Virus record (IMG/VR): IMGVR_UViG_3300032331_000794
Coordinates: 1 to 39,514 of that record
Source of the DNA: a virus
Lineage: Duplodnaviria; Caudoviricetes
Length of the DNA: 39,514 bases
Reading direction: 5' to 3' (one strand)
In this document: in pieces, positions 1 through 9,536 of the stretch
Numbering within the stretch: position 1 is the first letter of the stretch
How the letters are laid out: every line of letters starts with the position of its first letter
Position numbers and translations under genes: made by a program
The notes under the pieces: model-generated
What the model was told of the DNA's origin: nothing
Database searches by the model: none
Seen by the model: the letters and a program-made list of their open reading frames with translations, nothing else

Positions 1-123
1 CCTTAGTCCAGCAGTTAATTACCTGGAAGCCTGATACTAAGAACCCAACTGACTGTGTTATGGCTCTATGGTTTGCGGTTATTCGTGTACGTGAGTTAAT
101 GCAAATCTCAAGTAAAGTCGGAC
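1..123. repeat. Terminal direct repeat, identical to 39392-39514 (circular assembly overlap)
   Basis: Exact 123-bp match at both ends, falling in the middle of the terminase reading frame. Confidence 0.97.
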
Positions 124-227
124 AGTACCAAACCAATCGATGGGCAACTCGCTCTCAACGAGCGGCAAGAAATTCACTTAATTTAGACGAGGCCTTTGCA
201 CAGCAATGGGCAGAGAACTACGGATAG
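1..227 (+). CDS. terL: Terminase large subunit, C-terminal end (continues from 37750)
   Basis: Frame LVQQLITWKPDTKNPTDCVMALWF...ENYG, TAG at 225-227; in frame with the ORF starting at 37750. Confidence 0.9.
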   Translation, partial: LVQQLITWKPDTKNPTDCVMALWFAVIRVRELMQISSKVGQYQTNRWATRSQRAARNSLNLDEAFAQQWAENYG

Positions 228-234
228 GAAACCA

Positions 235-2004
235 ATGGCATTATCAATGGAACAGGTTGTAGCCAGAGTTGATTCTCTGCGCTACCGCAACCTAGAACGT
301 GACTCGCGCAACCAAGATGTTCTTGCCGTACGTAAAGGTAAAATCTCAGAAGTCTATCCTGATTTCTTTCCAGATGGTATTGATGCCAACGTAGTAGCCA
401 ACTTTATTGACATTGTGGCACGTGACCTATCTGAGGTTATGGCTCCACTTCCAGCAGTTAACTGTTCAGCAGTTAGTCAAACAAGCGACAAGGCGCGTCA
501 GTTTGCTGACAAGCGCACACGTATCGCTTCAAATTATTTTTCCCATTCTGACCTATCAGTACAAATGTACTCTGGGGCAGATTGGTACATCACATATGGT
601 TTCGTCCCTTTCGTAATCGAATTAGACGAAGAAAGCAAGTTGCCTCGTATCCGCGTAGAAAATCCTGTTGGGGCTTACCCAGAATTTGACCGCTACGGAC
701 GTTGCGTTGCATTTGCCAAACGATATGCTATGACACTAGGCGAACTCGTATCTCAGTTCCCTGATTATGAGTCCCAGTTGTTAGGCCGTCAAGGCTACGA
801 CCAGGACTTAAATCATCAGTTAGAGATGATTCGTTACTACGACTCAGAGCAATCTGTCGTTTACATCCCAGAAAAGAAGAACTTGGTTCTATCTCGTGCG
901 ATGAACCCAATCGGAAAGATGATGGTTGTAGTTGCACGCAAACCATCTATCGATGGCGAGATGCGTGGTCAGTTTGACGACGTACTCGGCATCCAGTTGC
1001 TTCGCAACCGTTTTGCTTTGCTTGCTATGGAAGCAGCCGAAAAGTCAGTGCAAGCACCAATTGTGCTTCCACAAGACGTGCAAGAACTACAACTTGGCGG
1101 AGACGCTGTTATTCGTACATCGAACCCAGCAGGCGTTCGTCGAGTTGAACTTAATCTTCCACAAGGAGCATTCACGGAGCAGACATTGCTCAATGCTGAA
1201 CTCCGAGTTGGCGCTCGCTACCCAGAAAGCCGTACAGGAAACATTGATGCTTCCGTAGTTACAGGCCAGGGTGTTCAAGCACTTATGGGTGCTTTTGATA
1301 CACAGGTAAAGTCAGCACAGGCTATCTTTGCTGCATCACTTCGTGATGTTATCTCTATCTGTTTTGAAGTTGATGAGAAGATTTTCTCAGAAGAAAAAAC
1401 TATTCGTGGCGTAGACTCTGGTTCTCCTTACGAAGTAAAGTATCGTCCAACCCGCGACATTAAGGGTGACTACTCTGCAGATGTTCGTTATGGAATGCTC
1501 GCTGGACTTAACCCAGCACAGGGTCTTATCTTTATGCTCCAAGCACTTGGTGGAGGCCTTATCTCTAAGGATATGGCTATGCGTGAACTTCCATTTACAG
1601 TTAACGTAACACAAGAACTTGAAAAGATTGAAATTGAAAAACTTCGTGATGGTTTACTATCAGCACTAAGCGCAACAGCGCAGGCGATTCCGCAGATGGC
1701 ATCTCAAGGACAAGACCCATCAGCGATTATCAAGAACATTGCTTCGGTGATTCAAGCACGTCAAAACGGTAAAGCATTAGAAGATGCAATTGCCGATACG
1801 TTTGCTCCCGAGCCACAAGTTCCTCCTGCTGGGGTACCAGGTACTCCTGTTGAGCAGCCGTCCCCTGTTCCAGGTGGCGCTCCAGTAGGAGGCTCTCCTT
1901 CCGCAGGACCCGCAGCACCACCACCAGATGTAATGAGTTTAATCTCAGGTCTTACTGGTACTGGCGCAGCACAATCGAGAGTTAGCACTTCACGTAGACG
2001 ATAA
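235..2004 (+). CDS. Portal protein
   Basis: ~590 aa directly after terminase; helical body with Pro/Gly-rich C-tail; ATG 235 (MALSMEQ) preferred over TTG 196, which overlaps terL. Confidence 0.88.
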   Translation: MALSMEQVVARVDSLRYRNLERDSRNQDVLAVRKGKISEVYPDFFPDGIDANVVANFIDIVARDLSEVMAPLPAVNCSAVSQTSDKARQFADKRTRIASNYFSHSDLSVQMYSGADWYITYGFVPFVIELDEESKLPRIRVENPVGAYPEFDRYGRCVAFAKRYAMTLGELVSQFPDYESQLLGRQGYDQDLNHQLEMIRYYDSEQSVVYIPEKKNLVLSRAMNPIGKMMVVVARKPSIDGEMRGQFDDVLGIQLLRNRFALLAMEAAEKSVQAPIVLPQDVQELQLGGDAVIRTSNPAGVRRVELNLPQGAFTEQTLLNAELRVGARYPESRTGNIDASVVTGQGVQALMGAFDTQVKSAQAIFAASLRDVISICFEVDEKIFSEEKTIRGVDSGSPYEVKYRPTRDIKGDYSADVRYGMLAGLNPAQGLIFMLQALGGGLISKDMAMRELPFTVNVTQELEKIEIEKLRDGLLSALSATAQAIPQMASQGQDPSAIIKNIASVIQARQNGKALEDAIADTFAPEPQVPPAGVPGTPVEQPSPVPGGAPVGGSPSAGPAAPPPDVMSLISGLTGTGAAQSRVSTSRRR

Positions 2005-2018
2005 TTAAGTAGGGGACG

Positions 2019-2588
2019 ATGACAACACTGGTAGCAATTCAAGGTGATGGTTGGTCGGTGTTGGGTTGCGATTCACGCTCTAGTGATGAGAGTGGTCGTC
2101 CAATGGACATGGCCACACATAAGATTATAGAAAACAACGGAATTCTTATTGCAGGTTCTGGTGCAGGTCGTGGTTCTAACATTATGCAATTTGGTTGGAA
2201 AGCCCCAAAGCCTACAGCCTCAGAAGATTTAGATGTGTTCATAACTCAAAAGTTTATTCCATCAATGCGACAAGCATTTGTGGATGCTGGTTATGATATG
2301 AAAGAGGACGGCGATGCAGCGGCACATGATTCATCCTTTCTTGTCAGCGTTCGCGGAGTTATTTATCCTATCTTTGAAGATTATTCTTGGGATAGGGATA
2401 TTCGTGGCATCTACTATTCTGGCAGTGGTGGTGATGTTGCCCTTGGTGCTCTTGAGGCATTCAATATTAAAGCGCTTACTAAACCCGAATCGGTAGAGAA
2501 AGCAATACGTAAAGCAATCCAAATTGCTGCGCAATGGGATATATACACAGCAGAACCAATTATAACTAAAATTCAGTATACTAAGTAG
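2019..2588 (+). CDS. Ntn-hydrolase, proteasome beta/HslV-like threonine protease
   Basis: After Met removal: Thr1, D17-S-R19, K34 and a late SGSG motif, matching the proteasome beta catalytic layout. Confidence 0.85.
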   Translation: MTTLVAIQGDGWSVLGCDSRSSDESGRPMDMATHKIIENNGILIAGSGAGRGSNIMQFGWKAPKPTASEDLDVFITQKFIPSMRQAFVDAGYDMKEDGDAAAHDSSFLVSVRGVIYPIFEDYSWDRDIRGIYYSGSGGDVALGALEAFNIKALTKPESVEKAIRKAIQIAAQWDIYTAEPIITKIQYTK

Positions 2589-2597
2589 GAGGTCAAG

Positions 2598-3008
2598 ATG
2601 GCGCTACCCGCACAGGAAAATTTTCAAGTGTCAGGCACAGGCGGAGCAGGAACCAACGGACAACCAACTACATACATCCCAGGTATGAAATCACTTGGTT
2701 CAACAGGTGAATCTACAATGGCACAGCAAAAAGGTGCAATGATGTATAGCGCTGCTGGTGAAATGCCTGCACAAGCAGAGTTAACACCTCTAACAGCGCC
2801 TACTAATCTTCCTAATCAGCCAATCACAGATGGAGCACCTATTGGACCTGGTGCAAATGCTGTAGATGGTCTTCCAATGCAGGCATCTGGAGACCCAGAT
2901 ATTGATGAGATTCGTGCTTACTATCCTGTATTACAGTTCTATGCATCACAACCTGGTGCATCACAAGGAACTAAGGACTATGTAACCTATCTGGGGACAA
3001 TTATTTAA
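2598..3008 (+). CDS. Hypothetical virion-associated protein
   Basis: GGAGG RBS; TAATG coupling to next gene; Pro/Gly-rich. Confidence 0.6.
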   Translation: MALPAQENFQVSGTGGAGTNGQPTTYIPGMKSLGSTGESTMAQQKGAMMYSAAGEMPAQAELTPLTAPTNLPNQPITDGAPIGPGANAVDGLPMQASGDPDIDEIRAYYPVLQFYASQPGASQGTKDYVTYLGTII

Positions 3009-6000
3009 TGAGTATGCTTGACTACTTAGGCAACTTGCAAAGTAAACTTAAACAAAAGCAAGTTGCTAGCGGTCCATATAACTCTGATGGGCGTATTAAT
3101 TTTGGAACGGCACTTGACGTTTCTTCTAGCCTGCCTAAAAATCCAAAGTCTTTTAACGACCGTGCAGAAGAAGCACGTCAGGCTTTGCTAAAAGCAACTG
3201 GCGAGAATCTAGGAACAACTGCTGGAATTAAAAAGAGTCTTCCTCTTCTTGTTATTCCTGGTATTGGTGTCCCAGCAGTAGGTCTTACTACCGCTGCATA
3301 TGGACTTGCAGAACTTGATAAAAAAACTGATGGCAAAATGTCTAAGGTTATGATGGCTGGTACAAAGGGCTTACGCTCTAACTATGCTTTCGTACAAGAT
3401 GTTGCACGTCACAATGCTGGAATGGGTTTACTTGCTGGCCTTAATATGCTTGCTGGTGGAGTTATTGGAGCAATCGGTGGCTTTGCTGCTGGTGCAGTTG
3501 CGGGTGCTGGCGTAGGCGCCATTCCTGGTGCTATTGCTGGTTTTGGAATTGGTGCAAACCTTGCTGGTAAAGCAGGACGAGATATTTCAGAAAGTGGAAA
3601 ACTTGGAAAGTCTTTGCAGAAATCTGCAATCCTTTCAGAGTCAGAGCAAGGACAAAAACTTTATAACTTTGGCACAGATGTAACACGTCTTGCTGGTGAA
3701 GTTGTTGGTTTGATTCCAGGCGAAGCGATGGAAAACAACGTCCTTAAAGATACTAATCGTGGCATTGGTGCTGCAGTTGCAGGTATCTTAAACTTTGGTT
3801 TTGAAGTAACAAATGCTCCAGACTTCAAGGCAACTAAACTTGTTGGCATTACTGCACGTGGCGCACTTACTGGTGCCGTAACAGCAGAAAAGTATGGTTT
3901 AACTTCACGTTTACTTGCTCGCACAAAGACAGCAGACCTATTGCGTGGAGACCGCATTGAAGGAACTGTAGATTTAATTAAAAAGACTGTTGATGGAGAA
4001 ACAACACCTCTCACAGCAATTATGGAATTTAATCAGAAGAATGATGTCCCAACTGTTTTACAGCGTCCAGAATACAAAGATAATCCTGCAGGAGTAATTG
4101 CAGCAAATCTAGTCTCTGGAAAGTCTTTTGAACAACAGGGTCTTATCATGCGCGTTGGACTTGGTGATGCTACTGCAATCGCAGAACTAGAAGTAAAGCA
4201 CCCAGCAACGTTTGCAGAACTTCTACGTCAAGAAGGTATCTTTGATACACTTGAATCACGTAACCCATTTGCATCAACTAAACTACCAGAGCATGATATG
4301 CTCAAGGGGCGTATTATTGAGGCTGAGACAGTTATCAAGGCTGAGATTGAAGACCTACGTGGTCAATACTCTTGGTTGAATAAAGCCCTTAAACTTGATA
4401 GTGCTATGCAAGATAGAGGAATATCTAAATTTGCATGGGTTGAGAAGTTTCGCAATGATGTCGCAACACAGCGTTCTGTCAATAAACTTGAAGGTGGAGT
4501 TGATGATGTAACTGTTCGTGAGACACCAGTTGGGTCTGCAATCCAAAAGGTCTATCAACGCAATGGTTCATCTGTTGTTGTTCGCACAATTCAACGTGGT
4601 ATCTCTGGAATCGAACGTGGTTTAGATGATGCACCACACGCAACAGTTAACTTTAATGATAACCTACAAAGCATATCTCGTGTGCGTACTACAATGCGAG
4701 CCGCTATTAACAATAGAGTTCTTCCGCCACTTGAAGCACGTGAACTTTATAATTCTTTTACAGTTGCAAAGACTGAAACAGAAAAACTTGGCGTCATCAA
4801 GAAAATTGAAGAGCGAGTATTTGAGCAAGTAGCAAATAAGTATAATGTTCCTGCAAGCATCAAGGACATGGTCCTTAATAACTACATAACATTAACTCGC
4901 AAGAACCAGGCTAAGGCCAAGGAAGCAAATTCCGAAGGCAATGCTTTTATGATTGAAAATGGCGAAGTAATTCAGGACCCACAACTTATCTCACAATTGG
5001 CTAACGGTTCATATCTGCCAGATGTAGAACTTATTGATAAGGCTTTTAAGCGTTATGCTAAGAAGCGTGGAGCAGAAGCATCGCTCCCAATCAACGCAGC
5101 ACTTGTAGGTAAAACTGTTCTAGATGAATTCCAGTCAATCTGGCGTACATTTACTCTTGCTCGCACAGGTTTCCCGATTAACATTATCCGTGACTCAACT
5201 CTTCGTACATGGGGAGATGGAGTACTACTTTACTCATTGATGAATCTATCAAAGTCGGGTGTCGATGCAATGCTCGGCGCACCAGCAAAGATGTCGGAGA
5301 TGCGTCAGTGGTCTAATAAGATTACAAACCGCGATAGCAACCTAACAAAGATTCGTAACGACATTAAGTTATACGATAACTCAATTAAAGACGCAGAACG
5401 CGGACTTAAGAGTTTTAAGTATGACCCACTTAAGCCACCTAAAGAGATGCCAGATGATTTGGTTCGCACACTTGCTTACCTAGAGGAATCTAAGGCTATG
5501 GCTGCGGAACTACGTCGCCAAGAGAATGCTATTATCAAGAACATTCCTTCTAAGGTTGTTGGTCCAGATAAGATTAGCGTTGATGGGTACGACTTTCCAG
5601 CAGCAATGTCAGGACGCTTTGGCGAAATGGCTATGGCTAAACTCAAGGGCAAGGATGATATCCGTGCATTGACAGCATCTGTGCGTCAACTTGAGATGGC
5701 ATCAGTGCGTCGTGACCGTAACGGTGGTTATGCACTAAAGGCTACAGAAAATGAAGACATGCACTTACGTTCATGGGATAGTTTACTGAATAATACACTT
5801 CGCAATGATGAAGTAAGCCGTAAAATCATGGAACTTCGCCTTAAAGGTGTAGATGCAGCAAAGATTGAGACAGAAGTAGCGGGATGGATTCGCAGTAGTG
5901 GTTCCAAAGACCTATTTGAGCGCTTTGGTTATGATTCTGAATTTAGAACACAGATGAAAGTAGCCGATGCAAAGGTTATCTACCAGAAAGCCAATGCAGC

Positions 6001-7912
6001 AATAAATCAATTTGCTCCAGATATCAGATTGCAAAAGATGATTATGGAAGATAGAGTCAATATTGTTGACTTGAAGAAGATGTTTCCAGATATTGAAAAG
6101 CGTCCAGATGTAATATCTGACTTAGCGCTTGACCTAACTGGACAAAGCAATCTTGTTCGTCAATTTTCTGACCTTTCCAAGAAAGCAGTTGCAACACTTG
6201 CAACTTGGGCGCCAGCAAAGTTATCTTACAATCCATACTATCAAGCACAGTATGAACTTAAACTACAAAGCATGGTTGCTGTAGCAAATAGTCAGGGTCG
6301 CATACTTAAACTCTCTGACAAGGCTCAATTTGAATCTGTTGCTCGTGACTATGCAATGAATCAGTTCCGTTCAAAGATTAACGCATTCAACCGCGATATG
6401 AACTATCATGGACTTATTGATTACCTATTTGCATTCTTCCCTGCAGTTGTAGAGCAGTACCGTGCCTATGGCCGTATTGCAATGGAACGTCCAGAATTCC
6501 CACAACAGATTTTCCAGATGAGTCAGATTCCTAACTATCTTGGTAATGTACAAACAGACCAATATGGTAATGAATACTCAGAAGTAACTCTACCAATTTT
6601 GGGCATTAAAGGTCGTATGTCGACTGACTGGTGGAATGCTGTTAACCCTACGGGTGGAACAGTTCTTTCTGCTAGCCCATTTGCTACTGCAGCATACAAC
6701 GAGATTTCTAAGAGTAAGAAGTTGCCTACTCGCATTCATGACTTGATTCTTCCATTTGGAACTCAGGCTAATTCAGCAGGCGCACTTACTCCTAGCACAA
6801 TTCGTCGTGCAGTTCAAGCGATTCAAGCAACTATTCTAAAGAATGGTGAGCAGTTCAACCGAGATGTTGATATGTTTATGGCTATGAAACGCAAAGAATT
6901 CAAGGATGACTACGGTGTAGAAGCATCTGGTACAGACCTCACTGAGATTCAGAACGAAGCAAAGAATGATGCAGTTACACTATCAGTAGTTCGCGCTATT
7001 GGTGCGGGTGTCCTTCCATCTCAGCCACGTTATGTTAGCCCACTTGAAAAGTATGCTGACTTGCTAGGCAAGTACACGAAGGAATATGGCGCAGAAGGAA
7101 CTGAGAAGTTCACTAACGACTATCCAGAACTGTATATGCTAGCAGATAAGTTGACAGATACTACATCTGGTCTACGTAGCGATGACACTGCAGTTGCTCT
7201 AGTACGAAAGAATGGCAAGACTGTCGCTAAGATGGTTGCCAACATTGATAAGGGTAACTTGCGCGTACTCGGCGCTGTATTTAACGATGACGACTATGCA
7301 TTCTCTAGTTCTGCTAGAGCATATCTAACAACTAACAACATTCCAGGAACTGGCAAGCGATTCCAGACAGAAGCAGATGCATTAGACGTAGCAACTGGTT
7401 CTATCGTCAATCAAGGCTGGCGTGAGTGGAACAAGATGATTAAGGTTGTCAAGCAGAGTATTGCTGATGATGGCAAGAATCCAAATGTTGGATATGGTAA
7501 GAAGATTCTTGATTCATACAAAAAGAACTTTGAAGACCAGATGAAGACAGATAATAATCTTTGGTGGAATGATAAGAACGGCAAGAATTTCTCAAGCAGC
7601 AAGAACAACGTTATTGACGTATTGACTATTGCAGCAAATACACCAGAATTGTGGAAAGACTTGGCTAAACAGCCACGTTGGCACAGTATTGTAGATTACT
7701 TGAACTTCCGTTATCATGTAAAGGAAGCACTAGAAAAACGTGGTGCTGCTATTACTTCTGATAAAGCAGTAGATATCCGCCAACAAGTGGATATTTATAC
7801 AGCCAATCTAATGGCTCAGGATATTAACTTTGAGAACTTCTATAATAGATATCTTGATGGAGATACATTTGATTATGTACACGAAGAAGTGGTTAAGGGG
7901 AAGATTAAATGA
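3008..7912 (+). CDS. Large internal virion / DNA ejection protein
   Basis: 1634 aa, helical, with N-terminal Gly/Ala hydrophobic stretch; size and context typical of podovirus ejectosome proteins. Confidence 0.7.
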   Translation: MSMLDYLGNLQSKLKQKQVASGPYNSDGRINFGTALDVSSSLPKNPKSFNDRAEEARQALLKATGENLGTTAGIKKSLPLLVIPGIGVPAVGLTTAAYGLAELDKKTDGKMSKVMMAGTKGLRSNYAFVQDVARHNAGMGLLAGLNMLAGGVIGAIGGFAAGAVAGAGVGAIPGAIAGFGIGANLAGKAGRDISESGKLGKSLQKSAILSESEQGQKLYNFGTDVTRLAGEVVGLIPGEAMENNVLKDTNRGIGAAVAGILNFGFEVTNAPDFKATKLVGITARGALTGAVTAEKYGLTSRLLARTKTADLLRGDRIEGTVDLIKKTVDGETTPLTAIMEFNQKNDVPTVLQRPEYKDNPAGVIAANLVSGKSFEQQGLIMRVGLGDATAIAELEVKHPATFAELLRQEGIFDTLESRNPFASTKLPEHDMLKGRIIEAETVIKAEIEDLRGQYSWLNKALKLDSAMQDRGISKFAWVEKFRNDVATQRSVNKLEGGVDDVTVRETPVGSAIQKVYQRNGSSVVVRTIQRGISGIERGLDDAPHATVNFNDNLQSISRVRTTMRAAINNRVLPPLEARELYNSFTVAKTETEKLGVIKKIEERVFEQVANKYNVPASIKDMVLNNYITLTRKNQAKAKEANSEGNAFMIENGEVIQDPQLISQLANGSYLPDVELIDKAFKRYAKKRGAEASLPINAALVGKTVLDEFQSIWRTFTLARTGFPINIIRDSTLRTWGDGVLLYSLMNLSKSGVDAMLGAPAKMSEMRQWSNKITNRDSNLTKIRNDIKLYDNSIKDAERGLKSFKYDPLKPPKEMPDDLVRTLAYLEESKAMAAELRRQENAIIKNIPSKVVGPDKISVDGYDFPAAMSGRFGEMAMAKLKGKDDIRALTASVRQLEMASVRRDRNGGYALKATENEDMHLRSWDSLLNNTLRNDEVSRKIMELRLKGVDAAKIETEVAGWIRSSGSKDLFERFGYDSEFRTQMKVADAKVIYQKANAAINQFAPDIRLQKMIMEDRVNIVDLKKMFPDIEKRPDVISDLALDLTGQSNLVRQFSDLSKKAVATLATWAPAKLSYNPYYQAQYELKLQSMVAVANSQGRILKLSDKAQFESVARDYAMNQFRSKINAFNRDMNYHGLIDYLFAFFPAVVEQYRAYGRIAMERPEFPQQIFQMSQIPNYLGNVQTDQYGNEYSEVTLPILGIKGRMSTDWWNAVNPTGGTVLSASPFATAAYNEISKSKKLPTRIHDLILPFGTQANSAGALTPSTIRRAVQAIQATILKNGEQFNRDVDMFMAMKRKEFKDDYGVEASGTDLTEIQNEAKNDAVTLSVVRAIGAGVLPSQPRYVSPLEKYADLLGKYTKEYGAEGTEKFTNDYPELYMLADKLTDTTSGLRSDDTAVALVRKNGKTVAKMVANIDKGNLRVLGAVFNDDDYAFSSSARAYLTTNNIPGTGKRFQTEADALDVATGSIVNQGWREWNKMIKVVKQSIADDGKNPNVGYGKKILDSYKKNFEDQMKTDNNLWWNDKNGKNFSSSKNNVIDVLTIAANTPELWKDLAKQPRWHSIVDYLNFRYHVKEALEKRGAAITSDKAVDIRQQVDIYTANLMAQDINFENFYNRYLDGDTFDYVHEEVVKGKIK

Positions 7913-8673
7913 GTGACCCAATCGTAGGGCCTGGTAAGTTCGGCGCACCAACGCCTAAGGCAACCCCTAAAGTAACTCCAAATCCACTACCTCCGCTTTC
8001 TGGCGGTTCTACATTAATTGATAGAATCAACAAAAGTCTTGCTGACAAGGGCATTAAGGTTCCAACTGGTACCGATACTGTTGCCATATCATTAATTGAT
8101 ACTATTACACAGGATAAAGCACGTGCCGTTACTATCGGTAAGATGCTTAAGGCTAGAGGTAAAAATGTTGGTGCTTCTTCCGAAGCAATCAAGAATCTAT
8201 TTATTAGCGAACCAGAACTAGCAACTATTGCAGCCAAGGCTGGAGATGACTATAACAAGTTAATCTCTTTGCTAAATGAGGATTATATTCCAGAACTTGG
8301 AAAGAAGGCGGCAGCGCCAGCCTTTACTGGTCCTTCACGTAGCATCTATAAGTATACCGATGATGACTTAGATTTGCTCATCAAGAATGTATACCAAGAG
8401 AAGGCTCTACGCGTTCCAACTACAGAAGAACTTGCAAAAGAACGTGCTAAGATTCGTCCAGCACTTGAAAAGGGAACTGTTTCTACAACCAAGTTCGTTA
8501 AGAACGCTAAGGGTGTAATGGAACAAGTTACTGTTCAAGAAGGCGGACCCACTAAGGAAGCCGTTGCTACAAGCATTGAAGAGCGACTAAAACAACAGAA
8601 CCCAGATGATATTGACCGCACAGCGCGTATTAACTTCTCATCATGGCTTACACAGAATGCAGCAGGTGCGTAA
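7909..8673 (+). CDS. Putative internal virion protein
   Basis: ATGA overlap with previous gene; structural cluster. Confidence 0.5.
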   Translation: MSDPIVGPGKFGAPTPKATPKVTPNPLPPLSGGSTLIDRINKSLADKGIKVPTGTDTVAISLIDTITQDKARAVTIGKMLKARGKNVGASSEAIKNLFISEPELATIAAKAGDDYNKLISLLNEDYIPELGKKAAAPAFTGPSRSIYKYTDDDLDLLIKNVYQEKALRVPTTEELAKERAKIRPALEKGTVSTTKFVKNAKGVMEQVTVQEGGPTKEAVATSIEERLKQQNPDDIDRTARINFSSWLTQNAAGA

Positions 8674-9536
8674 TGGCAGACCCAACTGGCGTTGAATCGG
8701 CAGCATCCTACGGTATTAGTGAGGCTCTACTAGCCGCACATCCAGAACTTAGACCAGTTTATGAACTGTTCAAGGCTCAAGATATTGGCAAGGCGCTTGA
8801 AGAACTATACAAAACAGCCTATTATAAGACAATGTCTTCAACTGTCAAAGCACGTGATAAGCAGAAGTTAGAACAGCCAGCAGTCTATGCTGATAGCGTA
8901 CAAAAGTATAAACTTCTTGCACAAAAGCGACTTGTAACAACTGGCATTAAAATTGATACCGCAACATTTGATGCACTTGTAAATGATGCGTATGCTAAGG
9001 GCATGTCAGATGACCAATTAGACCAGGCTATTGCAGCATCTGGAAAGATTACAGGTTTTGGTGGAAACATCCTTGGAGATACAACAACTCTTAAGACTTA
9101 TGCATCTTCATTTGGTGTAAACAATCTTCTCAATGATGCATACTGGACAAGTAAGCAAACTGCCCTATTCCAGGGAACTGTTACAACAGAAGATATTCAA
9201 AAGGAAATCCGCGACTTGTCAGCAAGCGCATTCCCAGCATACGCTGATGGAATTGCCAATGGCATAAGCATTGCATCTCAAGCATCAAATGTTATTACAT
9301 CTTATGCAACATTCTTAGAACTTGACCCAGAGACAGTTGACTTCAATAATCCTACTGTTCGTAAGATTACACAGTACATTGACCCTGCTACTGGCAAGCC
9401 AGCAAGAATGCCACAATGGATGGTTGAGAAGACTATTAAAAGCGACCCAGCATGGGGCTTCACAAAGAACGGCCAGAAGGCTGTCGATGATTTAACACTT
9501 AAAGTTTCAACTGACTGGTTCGGAGGAGCACGATAA
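8673..9536 (+). CDS. Putative internal virion protein
   Basis: TAATG-coupled start at 8673 (MADPTG). Confidence 0.5.
   Translation: MADPTGVESAASYGISEALLAAHPELRPVYELFKAQDIGKALEELYKTAYYKTMSSTVKARDKQKLEQPAVYADSVQKYKLLAQKRLVTTGIKIDTATFDALVNDAYAKGMSDDQLDQAIAASGKITGFGGNILGDTTTLKTYASSFGVNNLLNDAYWTSKQTALFQGTVTTEDIQKEIRDLSASAFPAYADGIANGISIASQASNVITSYATFLELDPETVDFNNPTVRKITQYIDPATGKPARMPQWMVEKTIKSDPAWGFTKNGQKAVDDLTLKVSTDWFGGAR

Noticed and set aside
1-123. Biological terminal repeat
   Set aside because: It falls mid-terminase and has a length typical of assembler overlap; treated as a circularisation artefact.
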